DNA of 32,000 nucleotides from Nitrosospira multiformis ATCC 25196 (GTDB lineage Bacteria; Pseudomonadota; Gammaproteobacteria; Burkholderiales; Nitrosomonadaceae): NCBI RefSeq assembly GCF_000196355.1, contig NC_007614.1, positions 2,340,001 to 2,372,000 of the forward strand, read 5' to 3'. Shown piece by piece: positions 28,988 to 32,000 of this stretch (position 1 is its first letter; each line of letters starts with the position of its first letter). The notes under the pieces were generated by a model. It saw only the letters and a program-made list of their open reading frames with translations, ran no database searches and was not told where the DNA came from. The position numbers and the translations under genes were made by a program.

Positions 28988-29141
28988 GAAACTGGATCGC
29001 GGACCTTGCATTTTCCGGAAAATCTTTCAAAATGCCCTGCCAATGCTCCCCGAGCGATTGCTGTGTCTTATATGAAACGTAGTATTATTTTTATAGAACG
29101 TCCATGCTTGTCTTAATCTTCCTCTGCAAGAACCTACTCAC

Positions 29142-31475
29142 ATGCTAGCGCGTTGGCGTTGGTGGGCTTACCCTTTGGCCGCGCTTTTTGCATTGGGTGT
29201 CATCGGGGCTCTGGTTTTCGGTTTCGCAGCATTGGTGACCATCCGTGCCTTACCCTCGCTCGAGTCTTTGACAGACTATCGCCCCAAGGTACCGTTACGC
29301 GTATATAGCGCAGAGGGCATCCTGATCGGCGAGTTTGGAGAAGAACGGCGGCAAGTGGTCAAAATCGATTCCGTTCCGCTCCGTCTGAAACAGGCAATCC
29401 TGGCTGCCGAGGATGACCGGTTTTATCAGCATGGGGGAGTAGACTACACTGGCATACTGCGTGCTGCTTATTCCAATTTCACCTCCGGCGGGCTGCGCCA
29501 GGGGGCCAGCACCATTACGATGCAGGTGGCAAGAAATTTTTTCCTGACGAAGGAAAAAACACTGAACCGTAAATTCAGCGAAGCCTTGCTTGCATTCAAG
29601 ATCGAACACAGTTTAAGCAAGGACCAGATTCTCGAACTCTACTTCAACCAGATTTATCTCGGTCAGCGTTCGTACGGTTTTGCCGCTGCCGCCCAGGTTT
29701 ACTTCGGTAAAAGCCTGAACAGGATCAATCTGGCGGAAGCCGCAATGCTTGCGGGACTCCCCAAAGCGCCTTCGCGCTTCAATCCGGTCGTCAATCCGCA
29801 ACGCGCGAGGGCGCGGCAAGTATATGTGCTCCGGCGTATGCGCGACTTGGGCTATATCCCGAACGAGGAGTTCGAACAAGCCGAAAAACAACCGCTGCAA
29901 ATCATCAGGCGGGAATCACAGGAATACGCTCTGCGGGCGGATTACGTCGCGGAAATGGCGCGCCAGGCCATGTATCAGCGCTACCAAGAGGATGCATACA
30001 CGAGAGGTTACAAGGTCTATACCACTATCCGTTTTCTCGACCAGGAAGCCGCCTATAATGCAGTACGCCAGGGCGTGCTGGACTATGACTATCGGCACGG
30101 TTATCGTGGTCCAGAAGCAGTCATAAAGCTGTCGGCAGGGGACTTGAAGCGGGAAGAAATACTCGATGAAGCGTTGCAGGAAGTGACTGACAGCGATGGC
30201 ATTCTTGCCGCAGTCGCGCTGGAGGCAAGCCCGAAGCGGGTCAAGGCGTACCGCAAAGGCGGCGAAATCATCGAAATCAAGGGCGACGGACTCAAATTCG
30301 CGGAGAAATTCCTGACTGCCAAACCTGCTGCCAATCAGCAGGTCATTCGACCCGGCTCTCTGATTCGTGTCCACAAAAACGAAAAGGGCACCTGGGAGAT
30401 TACGCAACTGCCGCAGGTGGAAGCCTCGCTGGTTGCCATTAATCCCCACGACGGGGCGATCCGCGCCATGGTGGGAGGCTTTGATTTCAACCGCAACCAG
30501 TTCAACCACGTTACCCAGGCATGGCGCCAGCCTGGCTCCAGCTTCAAGCCATTCATTTATTCCGCTTCTCTGGAAAAAGGCTTCACCCCGGCGACTGTCA
30601 TCAATGATGCCCCGCTTTCGTTTACGGCCGAAGAGACCGGGAGCGATCAATGGGATCCCCGAAACTTCGGGGACAGTTATGATGGGCCGTTGCGCATGCG
30701 TGAAGCGCTGGCAAGATCAAAGAATCTGGTTTCCATCCGCATTCTCCAGGCAATCGATGTGCAGTACGCGCAGGATTACGTGAGACGCTTCGGTTTTGAT
30801 CCCAAACAGCACCCCGCCTACCTCGCGATGGCGCTTGGCGCCGGTTCAGTCACTCCGATGCAGATGGCGGTAGGTTACGCTGCATTCGCCAATGGCGGAT
30901 TTCTGATATCCCCCTATCTCATACAACGCGTAGAGGATGTCAACGGCAATGTCGTGGAGCAATCGAAGCCCGCGCTGGCGGGTGAAAACGCCAAGCAGAT
31001 TATCGATCCACGCAATGCCTTTCTCATGTCCAGCATGATGCGGGATGTGGTGCAACGCGGAACCGCAACCAGAGCGAAACAGTTGGGCCGTAACGATCTG
31101 GCGGGTAAAACCGGCACTACCAGTAATTATGTGGACGCCTGGTTCTGCGGATATCAGCCCGATCTGGTCGCCATCGCCTGGATCGGTTTCGACAATCCGA
31201 GATCGTTGGGAGACAATGAAACCGGCGGTCGGGCGGCACTCCCCATCTGGATGAATTATATGGACAAGGCGTTGAAAGGCGTACCAGTCGCCTCCTATTC
31301 CGCTCCAAGCGGGATCACAACTGCCAGGATTAATCCGGAAACCGGCCTGCGAGGGAGCGGCGCGACGCTGGAGGAATACTTCATGGAAGAGCAGCTTCCT
31401 CCTGAAGAAGAGGATCCGATAGATATCACGATCAGATCGGTGGAGGACATCATAAACGATTTTCTGTCGAACTAG
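29142..31475 (+). CDS. mrcA: Penicillin-binding protein 1A (bifunctional transglycosylase/transpeptidase)
   Basis: 777 aa. Signal anchor; GT51 motifs AILAAEDDRFYQHGGVD and GASTITMQVARNFFL; transpeptidase SSFKPFIY (SxxK), SKN, KTGTT. Confidence 0.95.
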   Translation: MLARWRWWAYPLAALFALGVIGALVFGFAALVTIRALPSLESLTDYRPKVPLRVYSAEGILIGEFGEERRQVVKIDSVPLRLKQAILAAEDDRFYQHGGVDYTGILRAAYSNFTSGGLRQGASTITMQVARNFFLTKEKTLNRKFSEALLAFKIEHSLSKDQILELYFNQIYLGQRSYGFAAAAQVYFGKSLNRINLAEAAMLAGLPKAPSRFNPVVNPQRARARQVYVLRRMRDLGYIPNEEFEQAEKQPLQIIRRESQEYALRADYVAEMARQAMYQRYQEDAYTRGYKVYTTIRFLDQEAAYNAVRQGVLDYDYRHGYRGPEAVIKLSAGDLKREEILDEALQEVTDSDGILAAVALEASPKRVKAYRKGGEIIEIKGDGLKFAEKFLTAKPAANQQVIRPGSLIRVHKNEKGTWEITQLPQVEASLVAINPHDGAIRAMVGGFDFNRNQFNHVTQAWRQPGSSFKPFIYSASLEKGFTPATVINDAPLSFTAEETGSDQWDPRNFGDSYDGPLRMREALARSKNLVSIRILQAIDVQYAQDYVRRFGFDPKQHPAYLAMALGAGSVTPMQMAVGYAAFANGGFLISPYLIQRVEDVNGNVVEQSKPALAGENAKQIIDPRNAFLMSSMMRDVVQRGTATRAKQLGRNDLAGKTGTTSNYVDAWFCGYQPDLVAIAWIGFDNPRSLGDNETGGRAALPIWMNYMDKALKGVPVASYSAPSGITTARINPETGLRGSGATLEEYFMEEQLPPEEEDPIDITIRSVEDIINDFLSN

Positions 31476-31544
31476 AAAGGGGGCGATTCCCGTTTCCTGC
31501 CTGTTCGCCCTGTTTCAGTCGTCCTCCACCAGTCTTATTTCGGC

Positions 31545-32000
<456 letters not shown>

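Noticed and set aside
29916-30650. 244-aa minus-strand ORF
   Set aside because: It is antisense to mrcA.

Overview
This is a 32-kb chromosomal window from a Gram-negative proteobacterium. The gene orders cmk-rpsA-ihfB-lapA-pyrF and rpsU-yqeY-dnaG-rpoD fit Beta/Gammaproteobacteria; I cannot assign a species. Positions ~8.6-32 kb are ordinary, densely packed housekeeping genes at about 50% GC on hand-counted lines: tRNA(CAU), rpoD, dnaG, a GatB/YqeY protein, rpsU, tsaD, plsY, folB, a CBS protein, pyrF, lapA, ihfB, rpsA, cmk, aroA, cysK, cysE, a Zn-ribbon/TM/Sel1 protein, an Lpd-family flavoprotein, two small membrane proteins (one SirB-like), mrcA and the 3' part of hemB. Positions 1-8.6 kb abut the 3' end of the tRNA and form an accessory mosaic. 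From the tRNA leftwards it holds: an IS30-like transposase fragment split by an IS3-family element (1224 bp, imperfect ~40-bp IRs, GATC target duplication, A AAA AAG slippery site, one extra disabling frameshift); a PepSY-like exported protein; a decayed serine recombinase; a DMT/EamA transporter; a decayed Xre(DUF2384)-RES toxin-antitoxin pair; an AT-rich gap; and a compositionally foreign (~60% GC) minus-strand operon. The operon encodes a 101-aa protein, an 841-aa protein I cannot place in any named family (Cys cluster, acidic S/T/E tract, beta-rich core), a GH5-like (clan GH-A) hydrolase without a signal peptide, and a partial ORF with a papain-like Q-x5-C motif. That last ORF is missing from the supplied ORF track because it runs off the left edge. 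This operon is my best candidate for an undescribed system; its function is inference only.
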